Assembly (NCBI GenBank): GCA_951406725.2
Contig: OX597815.1
Coordinates: forward strand, 111,910,001-111,974,000
Source of the DNA: Octopus vulgaris
Lineage: Eukaryota
Length of the DNA: 64,000 nucleotides
Direction: 5' to 3'
Below the pieces are notes generated by a model. The model was not told the DNA's origin, made no database searches, and saw only the letters and a list, made by a program, of their open reading frames with translations. This document shows, one piece after another, positions 28,701-40,481 of the stretch (the stretch's first letter is position 1; each line of letters starts with the position of its first letter). Position numbers and translations under genes: made by a program.

Positions 28701-29995
28701 GACTAAAGCCATCTGAATATGGCTAGGGACAGGGCAGGGTGGTGGGGGTGTTACTGTTGCATTTAGCCCCAGGCGAACATCGACGTCACCAGAAAGGCTC
28801 GACACCGTCACGGTGCCCTAAACCTGCAAAGGGAGGTAATTCCCCGATGAAGCGGAAACCACACACGGACCATGGTTTCAAGGTGTATTGCCTATCATCG
28901 GCGTGTGGTAGGCCTCCGCTTCCGCGACGAATTCTCACTATGCAGGATTTCTTATATAGATTTTCAAGCAAAATACATTTGCTGATTTCGAAAATCTGTT
29001 CGAAAGCAATAATAATTCTCTAAAAGGGATATAGACAGTAACTGCTCGATAACATAAGGGACTAAAGCCATCTGAATATGGCTAGGGACAGGGCAGGGTG
29101 GTGGGGGTGTTACTGTTGCATTTAGCCCCAGGCGAACATCGACGTCACCAGAAAGGCTCGACACCGTCACGGTGCCCTAAACCTGCAAAGGGAGGTAATT
29201 CCCCGATGAAGCGGAAACCACACACGGACCATGGTTTCAAGGTGTATTGCCTATCATCGGCGTGTGGTAGGCCTCCGCTTCCGCGACGAATTCTCACTAT
29301 GCAGGATTTCTTATATAGATTTTCAAGCAAAATACATTTGCTGATTTCGAAAATCTGTTCGAAAGCAATAATAATTCTCTAAAAGGGATATAGACAGTAA
29401 CTGCTCGATAACATAAGGGACTAAAGCCATCTGAATATGGCTAGGGACAGGGCAGGGTGGTGGGGGTGTTACTGTTGCATTTAGCCCCAGGCGAACATCG
29501 ACGTCACCAGAAAGGCTCGACACCGTCACGGTGCCCTAAACCTGCAAAGGGAGGTAATTCCCCGATGAAGCGGAAACCACACACGGACCATGGTTTCAAG
29601 GTGTATTGCCTATCATCGGCGTGTGGTAGGCCTCCGCTTCCGCGACGAATTCTCACTATGCAGGATTTCTTATATAGATTTTCAAGCAAAATACATTTGC
29701 TGATTTCGAAAATCTGTTCGAAAGCAATAATAATTCTCTAAAAGGGATATAGACAGTAACTGCTCGATAACATAAGGGACTAAAGCCATCTGAATATGGC
29801 TAGGGACAGGGCAGGGTGGTGGGGGTGTTACTGTTGCATTTAGCCCCAGGCGAACATCGACGTCACCAGAAAGGCTCGACACCGTCACGGTGCCCTAAAC
29901 CTGCAAAGGGAGGTAATTCCCCGATGAAGCGGAAACCACACACGGACCATGGTTTCAAGGTGTATTGCCTATCATCGGCGTGTGGTAGGCCTCCG
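25773..29995 (-). repeat. 359-bp tandem array (~11.8 units) with one HHR per unit, putative non-LTR retrozyme
   Basis: The ORF track repeats every 359 bp. One 1-nt insertion seen near 26939. Twelve minus-strand HHRs start at 25986, 26345, 26704, 27064 and so on to 29936. The left end abuts (TA)n. Confidence 0.9.
25986..26035 (-). ncRNA. Type I HHR of the 359-bp unit (first copy)
   Basis: ccacacg-CCGAUGA-U-AGG(caauaca)CCU-U-GAAA-CCAUGG-UC-cgugugugg. Stem I extends through gaagcgga/uccgcuuc. Predicted GUC cleavage between 25995 and 25994. Confidence 0.8.
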
Positions 29996-30728
29996 GGCTT
30001 TAGTCCCTTATGTTATCGAGCAGTTACTGTCTATATCCCTTTTAGAGAATTATTATTGCTTTCGAACAGATTTTCGAAATCAGCAAATGTATTTTGCTTG
30101 AAAATCTATATAAGAAATCCTGCATAGTGAGAATTCGTCGCGGAAGCGGAGGCCTACCACACGCCGATGATAGGCAATACACCTTGAAACCATGGTCCGT
30201 GTGTGGTTTCCGCTTCATCGGGGAATTACCTCCCTTTGCAGGTTTAGGGCACCGTGACGGTGTCGAGCCTTTCTGGTGACGTCGATGTTCGCCTGGGGCT
30301 AAATGCAACAGTAACACCCCCACCACCCTGCCCTGTCCCTAGCCATATTCAGATGGCTTTAGTCCCTTATGTTATCGAGCAGTTACTGTCTATATCCCTT
30401 TTAGAGAATTATTATTGCTTTCGAACAGATTTTCGAAATCAGCAAATGTATTTTGCTTGAAAATCTATATAAGAAATCCTGCATAGTGAGAATTCGTCGC
30501 GGAAGCGGAGGCCTACCACACGCCGATGATAGGCAATACACCTTGAAACCATGGTCCGTGTGTGGTTTCCGCTTCATCGGGGAATTACCTCCCTTTGCAG
30601 GTTTAGGGCACCGTGACGGTGTCGAGCCTTTCTGGTGACGTCGATGTTCGCCTGGGGCTAAATGCAACAGTAACACCCCCACCACCCTGCCCTGTCCCTA
30701 GCCATATTCAGATGGCTTTAGTCCCTTA

Positions 30729-30730
<2 letters not shown>
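29996..30730 (+). repeat. Inverted block of the same 359-bp unit (~2.05 units), with HHRs at 30157-30206 and 30516-30565
   Basis: Reverse complement of the left block. Junction ctccg|ggctttagtccc. The right end abuts (AT)n. Confidence 0.9.
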
Positions 30731-30764
<34 letters not shown>

Positions 30765-30766
<2 letters not shown>

Positions 30767-33700
30767 GCATGATGGCTGCCCCCTCGTTATCGAGTATGGC
30801 CATTGCACGAAGCTTAACTGTTATTGGTGCTGTGATCGAATGTGACTTTTTAGCCCAGCTAAAGATCTACAATGTCTTGTACAGAATTGGCAACTAAAAC
30901 CTTTACCGGTAATAGACGGCTGTAGTTGTAACTGGGCTTCATGTACCCTTGCATGTCTTTTAAGTCCTCCTGCTGAATTACACTCTCTTCCGCATGCCCG
31001 ACAGATATGATTAGTATGGTGTGTTACACCATCACCACCAGTGGCCAGGTTGTCACTCATCTATCTCGCTTTATGACTACGAAGATGACTCTTGAGTCCA
31101 GCTTTACTGAGGCAGGATCTTGCACAGACACTGCATGTCAGCATCATAGGAAGACCATTTCCCATCTGGAAGTGTAACAGCGATGCCCTTCCAGACATCC
31201 CTCCTTACTTTCTCATGTGCAACTCGAGATTTCTCAAACGTAGCTGTCCCCTCGTGCACAATCCTACCCCAGCTGCTACGATCAATAACTATGCCTTCCC
31301 ATGTGTCAGGAGAGATGCAAGCATCTCTTAAGGAAGCCTTCAGCAAGTCCTTATACCTCATTTTTTGGTTTATGTGGAGGTCGTTCTCCTTTAGCTAACC
31401 CTCCATAAAAGAGTTGTTTTGGCATCCTTGAAAACTTCATTCTGACCAGATGACCACTCAATCCGAGCCTTTGCTTTAACACAAGAGCTTCTATACTTTC
31501 ATACCGAGAGCCTTCCAATATTTCAAGATCACTGATGCGGTGCTTCCACTTAATGCCATAGATCCATCTGACACACATCTGATGGAAACGTTCCAGTTGT
31601 TTAAGGTGGTATCGATATGTAAGCCACGTCTCGCAGGCATAGAGAAGGGAGCACACATGGCTTGTACACCTTTATCTTTGTCTTTCTGCATATGCCTCGC
31701 CGACTCCAGAGGCGCTTTTCTAGCCTACCGAAAGCAACACTTGCTTTCCTATTCTATTTGGAATTTCATCATCCAAATTGCTACATCTATTAATAGTGCT
31801 TCCCAGGTAGACAAACTGATCAACTGCATCAAGCCGTTTACCATACACATAGATATTTGGTACACTATACTGCTTACTAGGGCAGGTTGGTACATGACAA
31901 CAGTTTTCTTGAGAGTGACTGTCAATCCTAAGGCAGTGCAATCATCAGAGAATGCATTCAAAATGTGTTGCATATCAATCTCTGTGTGTGCTACTAGTTC
32001 ACAAACATCTGCATACAAAAGATCTCTTATGATAGAAGTAAATACCTTTGTTTTTGCAGCAAAGCGCCTGATGTTAAATATGCTGCCAGAGGTTCGATAA
32101 TGGATGTAAACACCGTATCTGCTGTTTCTGAATGCAATACAGAAAACCATCGCAAAATATATGGCAAATAGGGTCGGTGCCACAATATCCCCGTGTTTCA
32201 CTCCATTTTGTATTGAAATTTTCCCTCTAACATTCACCCTACCATTCATGTCTTCATGAAAAGACCTAACCAAAGCAAAGAATTTTCAGGACACCCAAGT
32301 TTCTGGAGGACTTTTCACAATGCTTTTCTATTGACAGTATCAAAGGCTTTTGTCAGATCGACAAAAACCTGATACAAATCCAGACCCTGTTCCACACACT
32401 TCTCCTGAAGCTGTCTAGCTGAAAATATCATATAAGCAGTGCCACGTCCCACACAACAGCCAGATTGACTTTCTGGAAGGACACAACCTACAACGTATTT
32501 CAGTAGACGATCCAGAAGTACCGTGCATAAAACCTTTCCTACGACGGACAGCAATGATACTCCCCTATAATTACCACAATCCTTCCTGTTGCCCTTTCCC
32601 TTATACAAGACCACCATTATTGTATCTCTCCAGTCCTCAGGTACATATTCACTAGTCCATATGTTACCAAACAAAGAGTGAAGTTTCTGCAGAAGTTTCT
32701 CACCCCCATGCTGTAACAACTCCGCATGTATACCACCCATACCTGGAGACTTCTAATTATTCAACCTTGAGACAGCCATTGCAACCTCTTCCAACTTTGG
32801 TGGTTCTGCGAGTGCTGCCTTCACATGTAATCCAGAGATGAGATTGAGAACATCCTCACTAACTACAGACTGCTGATTCAAAAGTTGATCAAAGTGTTCT
32901 TGTCACCTTCGCAAATTCCTTGTGAATCACGAAGTTCTTTACCATCCCTGCTTCGAATTGGTGTCATCAGAGAAGACGACGGTCCATAAACTTCTCGCAA
33001 AAGACCATATAACCGCTTTGTGGTATTGGAATCCGACGCCACCTGTATCTCGCCAGCCCTCTTACTCCACCACATATCCCTCGTCTGACAGAGCCTTTGC
33101 CTCACACGTGATTTTACGTCCTTGAGTTCCCTATACAAAAGTTTCCCTTCCCTGTGGCTTTGCTGACAAATAGCGTGACAAAGTACGTCTTTTATCAGCC
33201 AATAAATCATCTATATGTTCATCATTTTCTTTAAACCAATCTCGATGCTTTCTTTGTATCAATCCCACATCTTTCTTGCCTATATCATAAACTGACTTTT
33301 TAAGGGTCGGCCAATCCTTCCCAATATCTGCAGCATTCATTTCGTCTCGTAAAGTTCTCTTCACACTATTACACCTAAGACGATCAACATTCAGTCTTTT
33401 AGGCAGGGTAATCCCTGCAGCTCGGATTTTATGTTTTGTGACTAATTTCACTTTTGCACGTACTAAGCGGTGGTCAGTCCAACACTCAGCTCCACGAAGA
33501 ACACGAACATACTGCATATCCTGTCTGTCACGCACCCTAACAAGGATGTAATCCAGACTATGCCATTCTTTAGAAGCAGGGTGCATCCATGTAGTCTTAA
33601 ATTTATTCTTTTGTTGAAACGTGGTATTGGTAACACACAGACGGAGCTCCTCACACATCTGCAACAAAAGTATGCCATTATTATTACACTTTCTCACCCC

Positions 33701-35005
33701 ATGCCTTCCAATTATAGTCCATGTGTTAAAATCCCTACCCACTCTAGCATTAAATTCACCCAGTACGATGACTGTGTCTGCCCAAGGGATATTTCTTATA
33801 ATGCCCATCAAAGCATGGTAGAAAGAAAGTTTTTCGTCATCAGTATAGCTCATAGTTGGAGCATACACGCTCACCAAGGTCACATAATTGTCTTTAACCA
33901 AAGGAATTATCATGGATATAAGACGCTCGTTAATTCCGACTGGGAATTCTTCCAACTTGTCCACAAGAGTAGTCTTAACAGCAAATGTCACTCTAGCTTC
34001 TCCTCTAAACTCTTCATTCCTCCCTCCCAAAAGAATGTATATTTTCCGCAAGATTCTGTAAGATGACCATTTCCAGGTAATCTCGTCTCAGATAAAGCAA
34101 CGATGTCAAGATCATAGCGTTGAAGCTCCTTCGCAACGAGCGCAGTCCTTCTTTCAGGACATTCAGAGGACTTGCGGTCAAGCCGTGTCCGTACATTCCA
34201 ACAGCCAATATTCACTATTTTCTTTGGTTCTTTCGCAGTAGCATGATGACGGCCGGGTTCAGAGTGTGATGCTCTGGAGTCCCCGCCGGGCCAGACTCTG
34301 CAACTGATGTGGTTCCAGAGTCCTTACTGCCATTTATTTTTATACTGTTTTGGTACATCATTGATGTTTTGTTTTTTAAGGCTACAACCAGCCATTCAGT
34401 TGAGACTCACAGCGTTATCAACAATTATGAATTAATTAATTAATCAATTTAATCAGTCAATCAGCGTTGTTATCGTGCAATGCCTGTGCAAGAAGAATTT
34501 TTTTAAATGAGGAAAGGCTGTGCACTGAGTCAATCCTACTCACTAAGCAACAGCAGCCATAATCGGAAAAGAAGAACAAGTCAACATCATCGGAAACAAC
34601 TGAGCCGCAGGTTTTATGTCGGAGTTATCCCAGTTACCTGAGTTACCTTCTCCTAGAAGGATGCCCTAACGAAGGCTAGGAGTCCTTCACTCCCAATGGT
34701 TTAACCGCGCGATCGGGTATTCAGTCCGATTATTTCTGTCCCCGCGCATGATACAGCCTTAAGCTGGATAAGATTGATATAAGGAGAAAATATATAATTA
34801 CACATTTATTGGATGGCGCTTGACTCTCAAGAGTTCTTCCGCCCTTTGACGAGTTTTGTAATTCATCCTGCTGGATGTCCAATAAACACCCTCCTCACCA
34901 AGCAAGCTTGGTGGGGTTGCCGGTTTAGTCACCGACGGCCCGACCATGCAACAGATTGTACTGGGTTGCATGTTACCAGTAGCACTCGAAAGTGACCTGA
35001 CATAC
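30765..35005 (-). mobile_element. Near full-length RTE-clade LINE flanked by (TA)n
   Basis: APE, RT and C-terminal zinc fingers in order, a ~0.8-kb 5' UTR and a short 3' UTR. Confidence 0.9.
30821..34215 (-). pseudogene. Frameshifted RTE ORF (APE endonuclease, reverse transcriptase, C2H2 fingers)
   Basis: IGCWNVRT..DIVALSETR, VSVYAPT, LGEFNARVG, LDYIL, TDHRLV, NYRGVSLLS, FVDLTKAFD, LLYADVC, CRSLAGLKSH. Confidence 0.9.
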
Positions 35006-35008
35006 GTA

Positions 35009-35109
<101 letters not shown>

Positions 35110-35299
35110 CGGGAAGGTTTGCGAAAATAAACAAAAGACGAAGGTAGGTGGAGTATAAACAAGCAAATGTATTAGTATGGCGCTCAGGAATGGAAACAGA
35201 ACAAGTCTTTTACGTTTCGAGCCTACGCTCTTCGACATAAAGATACACAGAAAAAAAAACAAGGAGAGAAAAAAATGCGTGTAGAGCAAAAATATCACA

Positions 35300-35345
35300 A
35301 AAACTGTTACTCAGAGTTTCACGTCCCCGTTCGTCGGACAGTTTT
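35300..35345 (-). ncRNA. Type I HHR with U4C core (same family as 14980), followed by a degenerate inverted twin at 35362-35402
   Basis: aaaacugu-CCGACGA-ACG(GGGA)CGU-GAAA-CUCUGAG-UA-acaguuuu. Confidence 0.75.
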
Positions 35346-35505
35346 GTTTAAAAATGTAAACAAAACTGTCAGATGAACAGGAACGTAAAACTCTGAGTAA
35401 CATTTATTGTTTTATTTTTGCAGCTTTTTAATACAGCACATTACTCTACCCCTGGTGTTCGAGTAGTATTTTTTGCACCTTGTTTCGCACTTATGTGTTT
35501 ACTCT

Positions 35506-35540
<35 letters not shown>

Positions 35541-36429
35541 TTATGCAGAGGAAGGGAGAGAGAGAGGGAATGATAGATGGAGAAAGTACTTAAGTGTATA
35601 GTTTCAGAGTTGCTTCATAGTTACATTCTAAACCTGCTGGTGTTTCAAAGGGAGGAATGCAAATACCTTCACTCACGTAATCGATTGTTATATTTAAATG
35701 CCTGTAAACTATTTTTGAAGTCTTTCGATTATTGTTAGGTCCCAGTCTGTATGATCGTGTCCCAAAATTTAAATAGTACTTCACTTCTGTGGTTCCTTAA
35801 TTTACAAGTATATATTTTGCCGGAAGATTTCTTGCATTTCCCTTCTTCATGCAACGTGCAAGCAACTCAATTCGTTCATGAATAATTTTAGGGTATACAG
35901 ATATCTAAGGAGTATTAATTATCATACAGATATATAAGAAGCATTAATTATCAACTACATTTGTAAATAATCATTAATCATCAGCTATCACAACTGTTAA
36001 TTGAATGTTTATAATTCTTTCTAAATCAGTAAGCTCAATCTTTAGCTCGTGTTTTTAGCTGTTTAATCAAAGTATTTTGTCTTGGAAACTAATATATAAT
36101 TTCATGGCTATGGTGTGGAAATGAAAATAAAATTATGCTTCGAAAATCACCATATTATTGAAACCATAAACTTGTTTCACATTTCCAGCTTTCTTGAAGA
36201 GTTATATTGTTTGTTTTGTTTTTTAAACATTAGGACATAAAATTATTTACTTGTGTATATTTGATGGTGTTCTTTATATTCAAACGAAAGTATGAATCCT
36301 TACAACATAAATATTACTTATTCTGTATATATTACATTTGTTTCATACTTATACAAATAACACGAAGCGGGCAAATATTTACATTCGCTCACAGAGGTAT
36401 AATAACGCACTGTGTATATATATATATAA

Positions 36430-37620
36430 TTGAGTATTTGAATGAATTATCTTATTATGGATAATTCGGTTAACCGATACCTGGGTAGCAAATGGACGTC
36501 AGAAAAATACGGTTGAAGCTACATGTCTAGAGAAGAGATCACGTGCTATCGTGTGGACATTTGTGTTTTTTTGAATACAAATAAATGAAAGAATGGAGTT
36601 GAACGACGAATTAACAAAATTCCTTTATTTTATTTTCGACATATGTTTCAAAGGCTGCATATTCGTAATTTCGAAGGAATAAGGGGTGCATTATACCGCC
36701 TTCTCATCAAGAAAAGTAAGGAACTTATGTCAGCATCAAGATGCACAAAAATCTTTAGATGCCTGCCCACACGGAGCCCATAGCGATAATGAGTGTTTCT
36801 TTAAAATATTCCGTTATAAGCAGTGACGTCAAAAATGGTTGAATGTAGAAGATTATAGAAGGTTCAAGGGTTCAAACAAGGTTGGAGGAGGGATACCTAA
36901 GAATAGGAAGGTAAAAGGGTGCAGGTCAAATGAATGGTGATTTTGTTGTTTTCTTTTGTGAATGAGTGCCTATGTGTGTGAATGTATATAACTGCATTAA
37001 TGGTTATGTGTGTGTATGTGTGTGCGTGATTGTGTGTGTGGATGGGTAGATGCTAAAAATAGACAGTGGTGAAGTGACAGGTTTGTGTCTGTGTGTTTGA
37101 TTGTGCTTACGATAGGGAGAGAGAAAGAGAGAGAGAGAGAGGAGGGCGAGTTATAGAGACAAAGGTAAAACAAACCTCAATGGGTTGGGTAGTAGTTGTT
37201 TAAGAGTATAAAAATTGTCTATGGGGGTGATATATATATGGGACTATATTATTAAAATTCAAGGAGGTTATCTATATTAATTATTATTCATATGAGTGAA
37301 AGGTGTGTTTTTGCCAGTGCATGCATCTAAAGGATTTCTCGACCATTGTATTTATTAAAGGAACTTTGGCGAACAAAATATGGAAAAGTTCGGAATTACA
37401 GACGCCACAACATTTTCTGCCTTTATCAAACGGAAAGGATACGGACAATATGGACCATTCCAGCTTGAAAGTTGTATTACTGTCCTTACATATATAAAAA
37501 TTACAATATATAAAAATTACAATATATATATACATTCTTTGATAATAATAAGAGAATGTTTGAAACAATTTACAGAAAAATCTTGAGAAATTATTAAAAA
37601 GTTCATAAAAAGTATTAGAA
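36430..37620 (-). mobile_element. PLE 3' region: endonuclease C-terminus, 3' UTR and HHR
   Basis: LEWSILSVSFPFDKGRKCCGVCNSELFHILF..LIN..FRCMH (37284-37470) resembles the Cys/His-rich C-terminus of PLE endonucleases. The HHR is followed by AATAAA. Confidence 0.65.
36633..36715 (-). ncRNA. Type I HHR with extended stem II and C3U core
   Basis: uuuuc-UUGAUGA-GAAGGC...GCCUUU-GAAA-CAUAUG-UC-gaaaa. Confidence 0.6.
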
Positions 37621-37929
37621 TTCCATTAAAAATCATGTTTGTTTGGAAGTATCTATATATATATATACAGAAAGTTCAAAAAGGTCATATTTTGGTAGTA
37701 TATATATACACACAGAAAGAGATATATTTAGGAGTTTACAAAGAATTTGGGATGAATTGACCTGTTTTAACATTTTATCGTAAAAGGCTATTTTCTATTT
37801 CAAGGGACAGTGTAGGAGGTGTGTTTGGGTGGGGGGAAGGAAGAGCAATGTGGAATTGAAAGGAAGTTTTTTTGTCTCTTTTTCGAGGTTCAGTAGTTTT
37901 GGGGATTGGTCTTTAGAGGTCAGAATATT

Positions 37930-39010
37930 GTGAGAGTGTGTGTATATATATACATGTGTTTGTGTTTGTGGGCCGTTTTTGATTGGTCCCAGGGTTTATT
38001 GTGGTGTACGTAAATGTGTCTGTGTGTGTTTAATATTTTGTAGGATGGTGTGTATATGTGTGCACGTTTGTGCGTGTGTGTATGTGTGTGATTAATATTT
38101 GTTATAGCGTTGTGTGTGCGCTAGTGTTTGTATGTGTTTGTTCGCATGTGTGCGTCTGTGGGTGCGTGTGTGCGTGTGTATACGTGTGTATTTTTTGTGT
38201 TGGTGGGGATGTTATGTGTGTATAGGTGAGTGTGTGTGTGTATCTCTGTCTTAGTATGTTTGTATTGTTATGATTGTCTTGGTGTTGTGTGTGTGTATGT
38301 GTGTGATTGGTATTTGTTATAGTGTTGTGTGTGCGCATGTGAGTATTTATGTGTTTGTTCACGTGTGTGTACTGTATGTACGCGCGTGTATGTTTGTGTG
38401 CTTTTTGTGTTGGCGGGGATGTTATGTGTGTGTATGTGTGTGTGTGTTTTGTCTGTCTGAGTATGTTTGTGTTTTAAATGTCCTTTTGGTGTGTGTGTGT
38501 GTGTATGTGTGTGCATGAGCAACCGTATGTGTGTGTGTGATGGTGAATATGTATGTGTGTGGGTATATGTGGATGTGTATGTGTGTATAAGTGTGTTGTA
38601 TTTATCAGGGGTTCTGTGTGTCCATGTATGTTGGGTTTATCTGGGTGGTGTGTATGTGTGTGTATATGTGTTTTGTGTGTGTTGGTATCGAGTATGCGTT
38701 TGTGTGTGTGTATATATGTGGGTATGGTTTATGTAGTTCTGTAGTTTCCGAGTGTGTGTGTGTGCACATGTGTCTGTTTTTCATTTGTGAGTGATTTGTT
38801 TTGTTTGTATTGTTAGTGCAGTGTGTGTGTATACGTGTAGCTGTGTTTGTGTGGGTGTGTCTATGTGCCTTGTATTTGTTGGGGAGGGTGTCATTGTGTG
38901 TGTGTGCATGCTTGCGTGTATCTATGTTTGTGAATGTTTGTTGTGGTTGTTGTGATTGTGTTGTGAGTGTATGTGTGTGTTTTCTTTTGAATGCGCGTGT
39001 GTGTGTGTGT
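37930..39010 (+). repeat. Degenerate (TG)n-rich low-complexity tract
   Basis: Directly visible. Confidence 0.85.
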
Positions 39011-40012
39011 TACTTCAAAAGCAGGAACACACTACAGACTGCTACTCAATTAAAAACACTCTTAACAACATCTGGATTTAAAATGTCACAGCACGCATAC
39101 TTGCTTTCTGGAACTTCATAAAAAATAATAACAAAGCAGATATTTATGAAAAGTGGCTCAACTTCAGCCCAATCATCCTACCCAAAACAGAAATAGAACT
39201 ACTGCGGCTAAGAGCCAATTCTAGTGAAAAAATATTCAAGACACTTGACAATAAAACGCAAATTGAAATCAACAAATACTGTGAAGGACCACTCTTTGAT
39301 AAAACCACCAAACTCTGGAGAGAAAAAACTGCGAGGATGAAGAACTAACATCCCTACAACGAAAAGAAAAAAAAACAGCTGGTTCGCCAATTATGAAACA
39401 GAGTTCAAAAACGAATACCGTACAAGTAATCCACATTTTAAAAAAATTAACTTCAACTCATACTCCTCACCAAAAACAAAGAAAACAAATCACAAAATAT
39501 CAAACACGTATCACTCCTAACTCTGACAACAACAATAACAGAACTTAAAGACAGCACTACAACCCCACCAAAAGAACCCAGACACCCACCAACCCAAGAC
39601 AAATCTTTACCAGTCACTGTAGATCCCAGCCCATAACAGAACCGTTCCAGAATCGGAGTTTCCACCCATCACATAGATATTCTGAACTATGATTGTAGAT
39701 CCCAACCCAAATCGTTCCAAGCTCGGAGTTCCCTCCCAACATATAAGAATTAACCTCTAAACCACGATTATATGTTCCAACCCACTGCAAGGAACCAATA
39801 TTACACCCAGTACGAACAACCCAGACCCTGGATTAACAATCCAGACTCAGGAGTAACCAAAACCCATTTAGTAGACAACATATCAATGGGGGAAAAACCA
39901 ACACACGCCCAAATACCACAGACAGAAGAATCCCCAGAAATCATTTTTTAGACCAGGGCAGCAGAATCCATGACACCAGATAGTAGATACCAACCCCGAA
40001 AAACCAAAAATA

Positions 40013-40200
40013 GTGAATCTGTCAAACCTAAACCTGTCGACACAACAAATCAAAATCCTTTCAAAAGAACTAAACTTCACTCCAACTCCACAATACCCGA
40101 ACCTAAGGGAAATACAGGATGACATCTCACACTTGTGCAGAAAATTACGCCTCGCAGAGGAATGTTTTGAGAAAGAAATCAATAACGATGAATCAATATC
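40013..40200 (+). pseudogene. PLE ORF N-terminal fragment
   Basis: VNLSNLNLSTQQIKILSKELNFTPTP..DISHLCRKLRL matches the PLE motif VINLS..L..LSKGLNFxPTP. Confidence 0.65.
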
Positions 40201-40436
40201 CCTTTTCCAGTTTCTTAGGAAGAATACCACTTATAAAGAAACTTGCTTACATGACTTTAGGAGATAGCTGGGAAGCTATCAGGACCTGTGGCGGAGCATG
40301 AGCTCATTTCATCAATGGCCGCTGTTACATCTGTTTCCCCAATGTTGTTGTATATATATAGAGAGAGAGAATTATTAAAATTATAAATTTTACCACCATG
40401 CTTAAAATAGCAGCCATGAACCGACTTTAAAATCAC

Positions 40437-40479
<43 letters not shown>

Positions 40480-40481
<2 letters not shown>

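Noticed and set aside
25866-30685. Repeated 94, 68 and 61-aa ORFs in the array
   Set aside because: They overlap on both strands, have no recognisable domain and are not conserved in the related 351-bp family.
25773-30730. CRISPR array, 5S/snRNA/tRNA cluster or plain satellite
   Set aside because: There are no unique spacers and no recognisable 5S, snRNA or tRNA sequence. The HHR and inverted architecture explain it better.
34870-35005. HDV-like or twister ribozyme at the RTE 5' end
   Set aside because: Lacks the HDV L3/J4-2 pattern and the twister GGUCCCAAGCCC-like core. Only the pseudoknot is reported.
35205-35245. HHR-like GAGC(guag)GCUC-GAAACGUA on minus
   Set aside because: The core reads AUGUCGA, too degenerate to call.
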